Positions 1-7,347 of a DNA stretch of 15,254 bases are shown piece after piece (the first letter of the stretch is position 1; every line of letters starts with the position of its first letter). The notes beneath the pieces were generated by a model. That model saw only the letters and a program-made list of their open reading frames with translations, searched no databases and was not told where the DNA came from. This DNA comes from Candidatus Nanohalobium sp. (lineage in GTDB: Archaea > Nanohalarchaeota > Nanosalinia > Nanosalinales > Nanosalinaceae), in contig JBDGSM010000065.1 of assembly GCA_042217545.1 (NCBI GenBank), forward strand, positions 1 to 15,254, in the 5' to 3' direction. A program made the position numbers and the translations under genes.

Positions 1-113
1 TGCTCTTCTCCTCCGGAAACCTCGTATGCACAGGAGGCAAGACCTACGAAGACGTTAAGGAAGGAATCGCTACCCTCGAAGAGAACCTGAAAGAAATCGG
101 AGCACTAGACTAG
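1..113 (+). CDS. tbp: TATA-box binding protein, C-terminal fragment (truncated by window edge)
   Basis: The frame from base 3 reads LFSSGNLVCTGGKTYEDVKEGIATLEENLKEIGALD* (TAG 111-113). This matches the TBP second-repeat motif LFxSGKxVxTG-K. It is not in the ORF track. Confidence 0.85.
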   Translation, partial: LFSSGNLVCTGGKTYEDVKEGIATLEENLKEIGALD

Positions 114-120
114 CTCCTCC

Positions 121-150
121 ACATTTTCCCCCCTTAACTCTTTTTTCCAC
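121..150 (+). terminator. Pyrimidine/T-rich putative archaeal terminator after tbp
   Basis: ATTTTCCCCCCTTAACTCTTTTTTCC lies between two convergent genes. Confidence 0.4.
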
Positions 151-164
151 GTTTAATACCGAAG

Positions 165-479
165 CTAGCTCCAGTCCGTTTCGCTGACCTTCTCCTCGAT
201 CTTTTCCGCGAGTTCAAAATCTTTCTCGGTTAGGCCTTCCGCATCATGCGTGTAGAGGTCGATAGAGACTGCTCCATATTCTACCTTGACTTCTGGGTGG
301 TGAAAGGCCTGTTCCGCGAGAGAAAATACGCCGTTGGCGAAGAAGACCGCATCCCTGTAGTCGTCGAACTCTACCCGACATACAAGGCGTCCCTCGTCCA
401 GGGTCTCGATCCCCCAGATACTCAGTTCGTCCAGTTTTTCCTTTATCTCCGTTTCTGAAAGCGGTTCTGTATCAGCCAT
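165..479 (-). CDS. Pterin-4-alpha-carbinolamine dehydratase (PCD/PhhB family)
   Basis: Has the signature AEQAFHHPEV...YTHDAEGLTEKDFELAEKIE. The ATG at 479 (MADTEPLSE) is preferred to 518, giving 104 aa and a divergent intergenic gap. Confidence 0.88.
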   Translation of the reverse strand: MADTEPLSETEIKEKLDELSIWGIETLDEGRLVCRVEFDDYRDAVFFANGVFSLAEQAFHHPEVKVEYGAVSIDLYTHDAEGLTEKDFELAEKIEEKVSETDWS

Positions 480-540
480 GTTTGTTTCTGAGGCCTCGAC
501 TGTTTTCACTTTTATCACTTTTCGCCACCTTTATCCTGTT
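480..540. promoter_or_regulatory. Divergent promoter region for pcd and mcm
   Basis: A 61-bp T-rich spacer with TTTTAT about 30 nt upstream of the mcm ATG at 541. It contains AGGCCT at 491. Confidence 0.4.
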
Positions 541-3500
541 ATGGACTACGGGGAGGCGGTCAGCGAGTTCGAGGAATTCTTTGATGAGACGTACTACAGC
601 CAGGTATCCGCAGCCGTAAAGAATGGAGACGGCGCAGTAGTAGTCGATTTCCAGGATCTTGACATGTTCTCACCCGAAGTTACTGACTACCTAACAGATA
701 ATCCTGATAGCGCAGTTGAGGCTGCAGAGGAAGGCCTCCAGGTCCATGACCAGGTTAACGACGAAGATCTTGGCGTAAGGATTGGCAACTTCCCGGAGCA
801 TGACTATGTCCTCCTGAGAAACCTGCGTTCTGAACATATCGGAAAGTTCGTACCTGTAGAGGGAATGATCAAACGTGCCTCCCAGGTAAAGCCGGAGGTC
901 GTCTCCGCAGTCTTCGAATGCAGCCAGTGTGGCGATCTGTACGAAAAGGAGCAGGACTCCTCGAAGCTGAAATCACCTTATAAATGTGAATGCGGCTCGA
1001 AGAAGTTCGAGGTCCAGGAAAAAATCATGACAGATACACAGGTCGTTACCCTGGAGGAGAACCCGGAGTCAAGAGAAGGTTCCGAACAGCCTACATCGCT
1101 CTCCGTACGCCTGGAAGGCGCTCTAGTAGATCCGGAGTTCCAGAAGCGCGTTGTACCGGGTAACGTCGTCGAGGTAACCGGAAAAATCCGTGAAACACCG
1201 CTCCAGAAAGATTCAAAGAAATACGACATCTACATGGAAGCCAACCACGTCAATCCTACCCAGCAGGAATTTGAACAGCTTGAACTTACGCAGGAAGAGA
1301 TCGACGAAATAAAAGAAATGGCGGAAGACGAAGACATATTTGAAAGCATCAATAACTCGATAGCACCAAGTATATACGGCCACGATCGCATCAAGGAAGC
1401 GATCGCCCTCCAGATGTTTGGAGGCGTAAAAAAGACCAGGGACGACGGAGTCAAAAGCCGTGGAGACCTTCACATCCTGCTCATCGGTGAGCCAGGAACA
1501 GGAAAATGCGTAGCGCCAGATACAGAGATCATAAGTACCGAAGGCGAAAGATATGAGATAGGAGAACTAGTAAACAATCGAATTGAGAGTTCTAACGAAG
1601 TAAAAGAAATAGATGACGGAGTTTACGTAGAGGAAGAAATAGAAACCTTGGGAATCGACGATAAAGGAAAAATCGAAGAGAAAAATTCCTCTAAAATGTG
1701 GAAGAGAGATGCGCCAGAAAAAATGTTTAAGATAAAAACAAACTCTGGCCGAGAAGTTGAAGTAACGCCATCACATCCATTGTTCACACAGAAAGATGGA
1801 AATATTATAGCAAAGAAAGCTGAGGGCCTAAGTGAAGGACAATTTATTGCAGCTCCTCGTGAACTGGAAATAAGGGAGGATAATTCACTAGAGGCTTCTT
1901 ATAGAAAATCAAAAGCAAATAATGCAATAAGGTTAGATGCTCCTAAAGAGTTGAATCCTGGTTTTTCCCGGCTTCTAGGGTATATGGCGGCTGAAGGATA
2001 CATACAGAAAACAGATCATAACAGTAATACGCTATACTTTACTAACAACGATAAAGAGCTGCTAATGGATGTATCTGAGCAATTAGATCGACTGAGTGTC
2101 AACTATACTCAAAGGCCTTCTCATGAAGGAAAGTCTGCCAAGGAAATTCATTGTAGTGCATCTGAACTTATAAGCTTCTTAGAAAATGTAGCTCCATCTC
2201 TAGTTAAACGATCTAGAGAAAGGGAAATACCTGATACTGTTTTTTCAGCCTCGGATAAGAACGTTAAGAATTTCATAATGGCCTTTGTGGAATCGGAGGG
2301 GACTGTATCCCGAAAAGAAAGAGAAATATGTATAGGATCTACAAGTAAGAAGATATTAGAAGATCTTCGAACGTGCCTTCTTAGATTTGGTATACAGTCT
2401 CAGCTTAAGCCCCGAACCGGTAGTTATAGACTTCGAATTAGTGGGCATGATTTTGATGAATATGTTCAAAATTTAGGGTTCATCACTGAGAGAAAGAAAG
2501 AATCTTCAACTGCCTTTGACTCGGTAAATAATACTAATACGGATGTAGTACCGCAGATAGGGGATAAGTTAAGAGAGGTAAGAGAAGCCTTGGGAATGAC
2601 CCAGTTTGATTTTTCCATAGGTAGGGGAGCATATCAGCACTATGAAAGATTGGATAGAAATCCTAGCTTAGGTAATCTAAAGACAGTAAGTTCTGACTTT
2701 AGAGAAAGAGTAGAGTATCTAGAGAGAATAGAAGAAGAACTTAATGAGGCCTCTTGGAACAAAATTAAAGCCATAAGAAAAGAGCTCAAAATAAGTCAAG
2801 CAAATTTGGCTGAAGATATAGATACCACCCAAAGTACGGTAGGTAATTACGAAATGGGGAAGACGAAGAGTCAAAATGTAGCTTTGCTAAATGAGGCCTC
2901 TGAGGAGCTTCAAAGTGTAATCCAGCAGAAGCTGGCTGAAGTTAAAACAGAATTACATAAGATAGAACAAGTTGCTAATTCCGATATTTTCTGGGATAAA
3001 ATAGAATCTATAGAGCAAGTTGAGCCAGAATATGATTATGTTTACGATTTGGAAATACCTAAGTATCATAATTACATAACTAATGGCATATTATCCCATA
3101 ACTCTCAGCTCCTGAAATTCACGGGAGAAATCGCACCCAAAGGCCGCTACGTGGTAGGTAAATCAAGTACAGGCGCAGGCCTTACAGCATCAGTAGTAAA
3201 AGAAGAGTCTACAGGAGAGTTCTCACTGGAAGCAGGAGCCGTAGTCCTCGCACACAAAGGAATGGCAGCGATCGACGAAATCGACAAGATGGACAAGGAA
3301 GACCGCTCATCACTTCACGAAGCCATGGAACAGCAACAGATCTCCGTCTCCAAAGCCAACATCCAGGCAACACTGAACGCGGAAACTTCGATCCTGGCAG
3401 CAGGAAACCCGAAACTTGGAAGATTCGATCCATACGAACCGATCGCAGAACAGATCAACATCGGAGACACGTTGCTTTCCAGGTTCGACTTCATCTTCCC

Positions 3501-4128
3501 GGTCATGGACGAACCAGACCAGGAAAAGGATACAGAACTCGCAGACAAGATACTGCAGAACCATATAGACCCTGAAGAGACCGAAGCAGAGATCCCCGGC
3601 GAAAAACTGAGAAAATACATAGCCTTCGCCAAGAAGAACAGAAGGCCTCAACTCACACCTGCGGCCTCCGACAAGATACAGGAATTCTACGTCTCGATGC
3701 GCCAGAAAGGAGATGATGAAGGCGGAGGAGTACCTATCACCGCAAGACAGCTTGAAGCAACGATACGTACTGCTGAGGCCTCGGCAAGAGCACACCTGAA
3801 CAAAGAAGTCACTGTCGAAGATGCTGAACGGGCCATCGACCTCCTGACTTACTCACTGAAGCTTGTAGGAATGGATCCGGAGACAGGAGAGTTCGACATC
3901 GACAGGATCGAATCAGGTATCTCAAGCTCCGAAAGAAACCGGCTTCAGACAGTCAAACATATCATACAGGAACTAGCAGGAGACGAAGACTCGGCAGAGA
4001 TAGAAGAAGTGCTTGAACAGGCCGATCAAGAAGGAATAGCCGAGGAAAAAGCTGAAGAGATAATAGAGAAGCTTAAAAGAGAAGGAGAGCTCTTCGAACC
4101 CCAGCAAGGCCACATCCAGAGGATTTAG
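541..4128 (+). CDS. mcm: Replicative helicase MCM (Cdc21/Cdc46 family), intein-containing precursor
   Basis: N-terminal Zn finger CSQCG...CECG. Walker A GEPGTGK|SQ is split by the intein. Also SSTGAGLTA, Walker B IDEIDKM, arginine finger SRFD, sensor-2 ITARQLE and a C-terminal winged helix. The ATG at 541 is preferred to 478. The precursor is 1195 aa and the spliced protein 663 aa. Confidence 0.97.
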   Translation: MDYGEAVSEFEEFFDETYYSQVSAAVKNGDGAVVVDFQDLDMFSPEVTDYLTDNPDSAVEAAEEGLQVHDQVNDEDLGVRIGNFPEHDYVLLRNLRSEHIGKFVPVEGMIKRASQVKPEVVSAVFECSQCGDLYEKEQDSSKLKSPYKCECGSKKFEVQEKIMTDTQVVTLEENPESREGSEQPTSLSVRLEGALVDPEFQKRVVPGNVVEVTGKIRETPLQKDSKKYDIYMEANHVNPTQQEFEQLELTQEEIDEIKEMAEDEDIFESINNSIAPSIYGHDRIKEAIALQMFGGVKKTRDDGVKSRGDLHILLIGEPGTGKCVAPDTEIISTEGERYEIGELVNNRIESSNEVKEIDDGVYVEEEIETLGIDDKGKIEEKNSSKMWKRDAPEKMFKIKTNSGREVEVTPSHPLFTQKDGNIIAKKAEGLSEGQFIAAPRELEIREDNSLEASYRKSKANNAIRLDAPKELNPGFSRLLGYMAAEGYIQKTDHNSNTLYFTNNDKELLMDVSEQLDRLSVNYTQRPSHEGKSAKEIHCSASELISFLENVAPSLVKRSREREIPDTVFSASDKNVKNFIMAFVESEGTVSRKEREICIGSTSKKILEDLRTCLLRFGIQSQLKPRTGSYRLRISGHDFDEYVQNLGFITERKKESSTAFDSVNNTNTDVVPQIGDKLREVREALGMTQFDFSIGRGAYQHYERLDRNPSLGNLKTVSSDFRERVEYLERIEEELNEASWNKIKAIRKELKISQANLAEDIDTTQSTVGNYEMGKTKSQNVALLNEASEELQSVIQQKLAEVKTELHKIEQVANSDIFWDKIESIEQVEPEYDYVYDLEIPKYHNYITNGILSHNSQLLKFTGEIAPKGRYVVGKSSTGAGLTASVVKEESTGEFSLEAGAVVLAHKGMAAIDEIDKMDKEDRSSLHEAMEQQQISVSKANIQATLNAETSILAAGNPKLGRFDPYEPIAEQINIGDTLLSRFDFIFPVMDEPDQEKDTELADKILQNHIDPEETEAEIPGEKLRKYIAFAKKNRRPQLTPAASDKIQEFYVSMRQKGDDEGGGVPITARQLEATIRTAEASARAHLNKEVTVEDAERAIDLLTYSLKLVGMDPETGEFDIDRIESGISSSERNRLQTVKHIIQELAGDEDSAEIEEVLEQADQEGIAEEKAEEIIEKLKREGELFEPQQGHIQRI
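1507..3102 (+). mobile_element. Intein (532 aa) in MCM Walker A, with LAGLIDADG homing endonuclease and two HTH inserts
   Basis: Starts at Cys (TGC 1507, CVAPDT) right after GTGK. Block B is VTPSHPLF. LAGLIDADG motifs are LLGYMAAEG and FIMAFVESEG. Blocks F/G are VYDLEIPKYHNYITNGILSHN, followed by Ser+1 (TCT 3103). It is visibly more AT-rich than the exteins. Confidence 0.96.
2743..2901 (+). repeat. 12-bp direct repeat AATGAGGCCTCT (2743-2754, 2890-2901) bracketing the second intein HTH
   Basis: Exact 12-mers 147 bp (49 codons) apart and in frame. Both encode NEAS. Confidence 0.8.
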
Positions 4129-4141
4129 ACTTCTTTTTACC

Positions 4142-4231
4142 CTGGTTCATTCAGGAAAGATGAGGAAGCAAGGCCTTTTCTGCATCCCGTCTTTAGGTGT
4201 TCTGAACCAGTTGACAGGTTTTCCTGAGTCA
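4142..4231. other. Intergenic extended stem-loop (possible structured RNA or regulatory element)
   Basis: Nested pairings are CTGGTTCA 4142-4149/TGAACCAG 4203-4210, AAAGATG 4156-4162/CGTCTTT 4188-4194, and GGA-GCA/TGC-TCC closing a loop that contains AGGCCT. A second hairpin CAGG-TTTT-CCTG lies at 4215-4226. Confidence 0.4.
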
Positions 4232-4263
4232 CGTACTAAAGTTTTTTCAACCCATTACTGTGT

Positions 4264-5010
4264 ATGCCCCAGCAGAAGAGACAGACTGCGAAAATGACTG
4301 ATACTGAAGAGCTCAACACCGGAAAATACTTTCAGAGAGAGGGTTTCGAGCCTAACTTCCTTCTCACGGTGGATGGGCGGAGACTTTCCCGCGCAAGACT
4401 CGTAGGAACAGTAGTTGACTCATTTATCAACGATGACGAAACATACGCATCGCTGACAATAGACGACGGAAACGACACGACACAGATCAAGTTCTTCAAC
4501 GAAGTAGAACGCATGGAAGACTACGAGATCGGCGACATACTTGAAGTAGTAGGAAAAGTCCGCGAGTACCAGGGGCAGATCTATCTTGATGGTGAAGTAC
4601 TCAAAGAGGCCGGAGTCGAGAAAGAACTACTCCACCAGCTCAGAAAAAAGAAAAGCGACGAAGAATGGAGCCAGATACACGAAACCGTCAAACAACTTAA
4701 GGAAAGCGGCAAAGATCAGGACGAAATCGAAAAAGAAATGGCAGGCAAACTCGATGAAGACGAAGTCGACGCACTACTTCAGAGCTTCGGAGAGACCTTC
4801 GACACCGCAGACACAGAAGAAGACCGGGAAAACCTCGAAAGAGAAGTCCTCGAATCCATCGAAGAACTCGACGAAGGCGACGGAGCAGACTACAGCGAGA
4901 TCGTCGACCAGATCGACGAACCAGAAGACAAACTCGAAGACACCATCAACGGCCTCCTAAGCGACGGCACCTGCTACGAACCACAGCCCGGCAAGATCAA
5001 AAAACTTTAG
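4264..5010 (+). CDS. RPA32/Rpa2-like OB-fold ssDNA-binding subunit with C-terminal winged helix
   Basis: OB fold SRARLVGTVV...LTIDDG...VVGKVREYQG, an acidic linker, and C-terminal GADYSEI...INGLLSDGTCYEPQPGKIK typical of RPA32-type WH. Confidence 0.8.
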   Translation: MPQQKRQTAKMTDTEELNTGKYFQREGFEPNFLLTVDGRRLSRARLVGTVVDSFINDDETYASLTIDDGNDTTQIKFFNEVERMEDYEIGDILEVVGKVREYQGQIYLDGEVLKEAGVEKELLHQLRKKKSDEEWSQIHETVKQLKESGKDQDEIEKEMAGKLDEDEVDALLQSFGETFDTADTEEDRENLEREVLESIEELDEGDGADYSEIVDQIDEPEDKLEDTINGLLSDGTCYEPQPGKIKKL

Positions 5011-5025
5011 AAAGAGAAAGATACT

Positions 5026-5424
5026 ATGACAGACTACGAAGACCTACTTGAGAAAGGACAGGAGGAAGTTCCTGAAGACATAGGATCCGGTGACAGATTC
5101 GAGATACCGGAGATCAAGACGAGGAAGGAAGGATCCAAGACGATTGTAGAGGATTTCAAAGGCCTTGCCGAGAAGTTCAACAGGGATGAGAAACACATGT
5201 CGAAATACATCCAGAACGAGCTCGGAACCGCAGGCCACATCGAAGGCAACGAACTCGTCCTGAATGGAGATTTCCGCCGTGGCAAAGTCAACGGGAAAGT
5301 ACATCAGTACGCGGACAAGTACCTTTTCTGCCCTGAGTGCGAGAGGCCTGACACAGTTATCAAGAAGGAGAAAGGAGTGGAAATCCTGAAATGCCAGGCC
5401 TGTGGCGCCAGGACGCCGATTTAA
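5026..5424 (+). CDS. eif2b: Translation initiation factor aIF-2 beta subunit
   Basis: DRFEIP...ELGTAG and a C-terminal Zn ribbon CPECERPDT...CQACGA; 132 aa. Confidence 0.93.
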   Translation: MTDYEDLLEKGQEEVPEDIGSGDRFEIPEIKTRKEGSKTIVEDFKGLAEKFNRDEKHMSKYIQNELGTAGHIEGNELVLNGDFRRGKVNGKVHQYADKYLFCPECERPDTVIKKEKGVEILKCQACGARTPI

Positions 5425-5456
5425 GGCCTTTCTACCGGATTTTCCTCGTCTGCCTG

Positions 5457-5536
5457 TTTTAAAAGGTTTGCCGGGGATTGAATGGGTAACGGATACATCG
5501 GGATAGACGATTCCTTGTATCTGATTTCAGAGGTGA
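5457..5536 (+). promoter_or_regulatory. TATA box, leader hairpin and RBS for the 5544 gene
   Basis: TTTTAAAA at 5457-5464, a hairpin GGATACA..GGGAT/ATTCC..TGTATCT at 5491-5522, and GAGGTGA at 5530-5536. Confidence 0.5.
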
Positions 5537-5543
5537 ATTATTT

Positions 5544-5783
5544 ATGCCAGATCAACCAGAGGAAGTAGGTCCTCAGCAGGCAATGCAGATGTTCCAGCAG
5601 AAACTCGGCAACCTTGAGCTTACAGTACACGCTCTTCTCTCCGTACTTGAGGAGAACGACGTCGTTGACCAGGAAGAGATCAACGAAGAAGCTCAGGCAA
5701 TCGTCGAAGAGATGCAGGAGCAGCAGGCACAGGCAGCTGAAGGCCTCGGCGACCTAGAAAACGAACTCGAAGACGACGAGTAA
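5544..5783 (+). CDS. Small acidic hypothetical protein (79 aa)
   Basis: Strong GAGGTGA RBS upstream, host-like codon usage, E/Q-rich helical sequence. Confidence 0.75.
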   Translation: MPDQPEEVGPQQAMQMFQQKLGNLELTVHALLSVLEENDVVDQEEINEEAQAIVEEMQEQQAQAAEGLGDLENELEDDE

Positions 5784-5829
5784 AAAATTCCCCCTTCTTT
5801 CCACCAACACATATTTTTCTTATATTTCT

Positions 5830-6645
5830 CTAGATCCTCATCAGAAGCCAGTAAACTATGTAAAGCGAGCATACCCCGGCCCACAGATACATCATCTTCT
5901 TCATGTTCTTCTCCGTTACCAGAGGATAAAACGAGAACAGCAGCGAGATCCCAAGTAACGTACGGGTCTCCATACTCCAGCTCTGCAGTATCAACGCCAT
6001 AACCAGCAAGGCCTGTCCAAGCAGTACGATACCACGCCGTCCCAGGACCACTGCAGAAGTCATGATATCAGACTTCATGTCAGATTCCCTGTCAACGTAC
6101 GAAGCAGCCATATGACCCGGTCCTCCGAATATCAGCGCGAACCAGAAAGCACCAGGGATAACATCGTCGAGAAAACCGCCTGCAAGGCCTACACCGATAC
6201 AGAAAGTAGCGTAAAGGATAACAATGTTACACGCGGAATCCAGGAAAGGCCTCTCCTTCAAACGGAAAGGCGGAGCAGAGTACAGGAAAGATGCGACAAC
6301 TACTGCAATACTGCCCAGGAAGGAGAAAACAGGTAGAAAAGCAGCAAGGCCCAGAAGCAGGACATGCGAGATCGCCGCCACGTATTTAACAAAGTTCTCG
6401 TTTTCTCCAGTCACTACAGCTCCTTCAAGACCTCCTTTCCGATCGTTATCCGCATCTGAATCCCTGTCAAAGTAGTCATTGAGCGAGAAGACCGCGAGAT
6501 GTCCAAGAACCGTGAACGCAGCCAGGGTAGGCAGCATCGTCACTGAGAAACTTCCGGTCGTGACAACGCCCGCTGCCAGCACCCAGAACGTGAAGACTGC
6601 GAAAGGAGGCCTTACAAGCTCTGCAAGCAGTCTCCACCGTTTCAA
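5830..6645 (-). CDS. UbiA-superfamily membrane prenyltransferase, CrtEb/LyeJ (lycopene elongase)-like
   Basis: Multi-TM protein with Asp-rich motifs NDYFDRDSDADNDRKGGLEGAV and DRESD...TSAVVLG, plus YSAPPFRLKERPFLDS. The TTG start overlaps the nth stop. Confidence 0.85.
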   Translation of the reverse strand: MKRWRLLAELVRPPFAVFTFWVLAAGVVTTGSFSVTMLPTLAAFTVLGHLAVFSLNDYFDRDSDADNDRKGGLEGAVVTGENENFVKYVAAISHVLLLGLAAFLPVFSFLGSIAVVVASFLYSAPPFRLKERPFLDSACNIVILYATFCIGVGLAGGFLDDVIPGAFWFALIFGGPGHMAASYVDRESDMKSDIMTSAVVLGRRGIVLLGQALLVMALILQSWSMETRTLLGISLLFSFYPLVTEKNMKKMMYLWAGVCSLYIVYWLLMRI

Positions 6646-7316
6646 ACCTCTTCACCCTCCAGAGGCTGACAGAGCTCGGGAATAGGGCCTTCATCACAGG
6701 TTGGATTCCGGGCCTTACAGTGCGCACGACCGTGCTCGATCAACAAACGGTGGAACTCGTACTTTATATCATCGGGCACCTTCTCCTCCAGGATCTCATG
6801 CGCCTTCTTCCTCGAAGCATTCCGGGGGATAAGGCCTAAACGCTTGCTGACCCTGTGAACATGCGTATCGACCGGCATCACGGGCTTCCTGAAGTAGAAA
6901 CACAGGATTATCGCGGCGGTCTTGGGCCCTATACCCGGAATATCCGTCAACCAGGCCTTGCCATCTTCAACGCTCATATCCCCGATAAACTCCAAACTGT
7001 ACTTGTTCTGGTCTTCACGTACGATTCTGAGAGCTTCCTGAATCCTCTCCGCTTTTGTAGGCCCCAAACCGGCAATACGAATAGTATCTATAAGCTCCTC
7101 ACGGTCCGCGTTCTCCACTTCCTCCCAGGTCTCGTATCGCTCCTTCAACTGCCTGAAGGCCTTGTCCCTGTTGATATCATTCGTGTTCTGTGAGAGAATG
7201 GTCTCAACCAGATAGTCTATCCCGGACTGTTCCTGCGGCGGTTCCGGTTCGCCGTAGAAATCCTTCAGCCGCTGGTTGATATCTCTTATTTTCTCTTCCT
7301 CGTTTTCGTAATCCAT
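6642..7316 (-). CDS. nth: Endonuclease III-family (HhH-GPD) DNA glycosylase
   Basis: ILSQNTND, HhH IPGIGPKTA, PVDTHVHRV, and a degenerate C-terminal FeS motif CKARNPTCDEGPIPELC. Confidence 0.9.
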   Translation of the reverse strand: MDYENEEEKIRDINQRLKDFYGEPEPPQEQSGIDYLVETILSQNTNDINRDKAFRQLKERYETWEEVENADREELIDTIRIAGLGPTKAERIQEALRIVREDQNKYSLEFIGDMSVEDGKAWLTDIPGIGPKTAAIILCFYFRKPVMPVDTHVHRVSKRLGLIPRNASRKKAHEILEEKVPDDIKYEFHRLLIEHGRAHCKARNPTCDEGPIPELCQPLEGEEV

Positions 7317-7347
7317 AACTGAAACTTCCGGTTCAGAGTTAAAAACT

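Noticed and set aside
478..540. Track starts for mcm (478) and pcd (518)
   Set aside because: They would overlap head-to-head and translate T-rich promoter DNA. Starts at 541 and 479 fit the protein families better.
4142..4216. Stem-loop as an H/ACA guide RNA or replication origin
   Set aside because: ACA is offset from the stem and no K-turn is visible. There are no ORB-like repeats and no cdc6 nearby.
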